Origin: Nitrospinota bacterium
GTDB lineage: Bacteria; UBA8248
Assembly: GCA_030754595.1 (NCBI GenBank)
Contig: JASLZZ010000034.1
Coordinates: 1-64,000 of the forward strand
DNA: 64,000 nt
Reading direction: 5' to 3'
The first letter of the stretch is position 1. Every line of letters starts with the position of its first letter. Both the position numbers and the translations under genes were made by a program. The notes under the pieces are model-generated. The model did no database searches, was not told where the DNA came from, and saw only the letters and a program-made list of their open reading frames with translations. Below, in pieces: positions 61,544-64,000 of the stretch.

Positions 61544-61681
61544 GGGCGCTCTCCGCCCTCCAGCCAATCTCGTATTTCCCATCCGAAACTCCTATACTCG
61601 TGATTATTGAGGATTGCCCGGCGCCGGCACGCCGATGGAGAGGTTTTTTTTACAGCGTCCATGAGGGGGGAGGTTTTTTTC

Positions 61682-62125
61682 ATGCTGAAATTCGATCATG
61701 TGGGCTTTCTGGTCCGGGACACCGAGGAGAAGCGGGGGCTGATGGAGGAGCTACTGGGCTGCGACTTCCGCTACCGCCTGGTCCGCGAGGCCAAGGACAA
61801 CACGAATATCCTGGATTTTTATGATTTCGACGGCGGCGCGATGGAGTTGGTCCAGTCCTCGAACCCCGAGTCGATGTACAACCGTTTCATCAAAGAGAAG
61901 GGCGAGGGGATTCATCACATCGCCTTCGAGGTCGATGACATTCGCGCGACGATGGCAGAGTGGAAGGCCAAGGGGGTCCGCTTCGCGATGGACCCGCCGC
62001 TCGGGGCCTCGGGCTCGCGCCGGGCGATCATCACCTTCACCGAGGCCGAGAGCTCGGGCGGGCTGGTGATCGAGCTCTGCCAGGCCCTGGGGGAGGGCGA
62101 GGAGAACCCCGACTGGGTGCAATAG
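61682..62125 (+). CDS. VOC-family protein (methylmalonyl-CoA epimerase-like)
   Basis: FDHVG, MELVQ, GEGIHHIAFEVDDI and GLVIEL. Confidence 0.87.
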   Translation: MLKFDHVGFLVRDTEEKRGLMEELLGCDFRYRLVREAKDNTNILDFYDFDGGAMELVQSSNPESMYNRFIKEKGEGIHHIAFEVDDIRATMAEWKAKGVRFAMDPPLGASGSRRAIITFTEAESSGGLVIELCQALGEGEENPDWVQ

Positions 62126-62336
62126 CCGCCGATGAGGCGGATCGTCTGAGCCCAAGGCGGCTCCTGCCGGGATCGATAGAGGGTGTGCGCGGGCCGCGTT
62201 GCGTCCGGGGTTTGGTGTACCGCGGTAGAGGGCCACACCGCGACAGGAGGGTAGCTGCGCCCGCGACCTAAAGTCACGCACCCCCGGCGCCGGAGGCGGC
62301 ATCCCGCGCAGGATTCACCCCGCGCCGGAGTCGGGG

Positions 62337-62799
62337 CTAGGGCCTGACCTGGAGGGTGAGGATGGTCTCGACGGGAGCGTCGAAGGTGAGCTCGTTGATG
62401 TTCAGCGCGGCGCGGGCGGCGGCCACGCTCCTCGCCGAGCACCTCGACCAGGAGGTCCGAGGCGCCGTTCACCACCCAGGGCGCTTCGGTGAAGCCGGGG
62501 GCGCTGTTGACGTAGCCGACGAGGCGGACGGCGCGCTCGATGCGGCCGAGATCGCCGATGACGGACTTGGCCATGGCGAGGTGGTTCAGGGTGCACAGCC
62601 GAGCCGACTGGTAGCCCTCCTCGACGGTGAGGTCAGAGCCGAGCTTTCCCCGGTAAACGAGATTGTCCTTGATCTTGCCGATGGTGCCCGAGAGGTGGAG
62701 GGTCTCGCCGACGAGGACGCCGGGAATGTAGTTGGCCACCGCGTCGGGGACGGGGGGCAACTCAAGGCCGAGATCGGCCAGGCGCTTTTCAATATCCAT
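62337..62799 (-). pseudogene. RidA/YjgF-family protein with a frameshift near 62420
   Basis: MDIEKRLADLGLELP...VNGASDLLVEVLGEERGR, then the frame is lost; adding 2 nt restores HARAALNINELTFDAPVETILTLQVRP*. Confidence 0.8.
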
Positions 62800-62869
62800 T
62801 GGGATATCCATTAGGGTCACATTCGCATGCCGCGTTGCGACCGGAAATCATACCTCCCCCGAAGGGGGC

Positions 62870-63871
<1,002 letters not shown>

Positions 63872-64000
63872 CGAATTGCTCCTATATAGAAAGGCCTGCC
63901 GCCGTGGATATATTAACCGTGCCACGATTATAGGGAGGCTGACGGCGAAATGTCCACCCCCAAAACCCGGCCCGACCCTCCGGCGGCGGGCGCTCCTCCA

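Overview
GC-rich bacterial chromosomal window from a Gram-negative (kdsA/B/D-bearing) organism; taxonomy cannot be fixed from the sequence alone. Left to right: (1) end of an IS5-family element; (2) a minus-strand gene run of a TIM-barrel isomerase, AmgK-like kinase, two GNATs, MshA-like glycosyltransferase, PIG-L deacetylase and NagZ; (3) a FadR/GntR-associated cluster of unknown substrate (M24 fold, DRE-TIM enzyme, two Zn-dehydrogenases, two paralogous bicupins); (4) frameshifted response regulator, nfuA-like, ATP-grasp, bicupin, NIPSNAP, higBA with a dead toxin, SDR; (5) ruvCAB, yebC, kdsD; (6) a full IS5 copy next to a truncated thermonuclease and an apparently catalytically dead thermonuclease; (7) nfeD/SPFH, aminotransferase, plant-type threonine synthase plus plant-type cystathionine gamma-synthase; (8) envelope genes including a bactofilin-TM-TPR fusion, kdsA-pyrG-kdsB and a Wzx/WcaJ glycan cluster; (9) ABM, MFS, two beta-hydroxyacid dehydrogenases and rhodanese-MoeB, followed by an accessory patch (duplicated moeB 3' end, second TA pair with a dead toxin, REP-like hairpins, tandem repeat), a frameshifted RidA-like gene and an OppD-like ATPase. 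No rRNA, tRNA or CRISPR was recognised. The best novel-system candidates are the mycothiol-like/peptidoglycan-recycling run, the M24/DRE-TIM/bicupin pathway, the membrane-spanning bactofilin-TPR protein and the plant-like O-phosphohomoserine branch point. All calls come from motif recognition by eye; no database searches were run.
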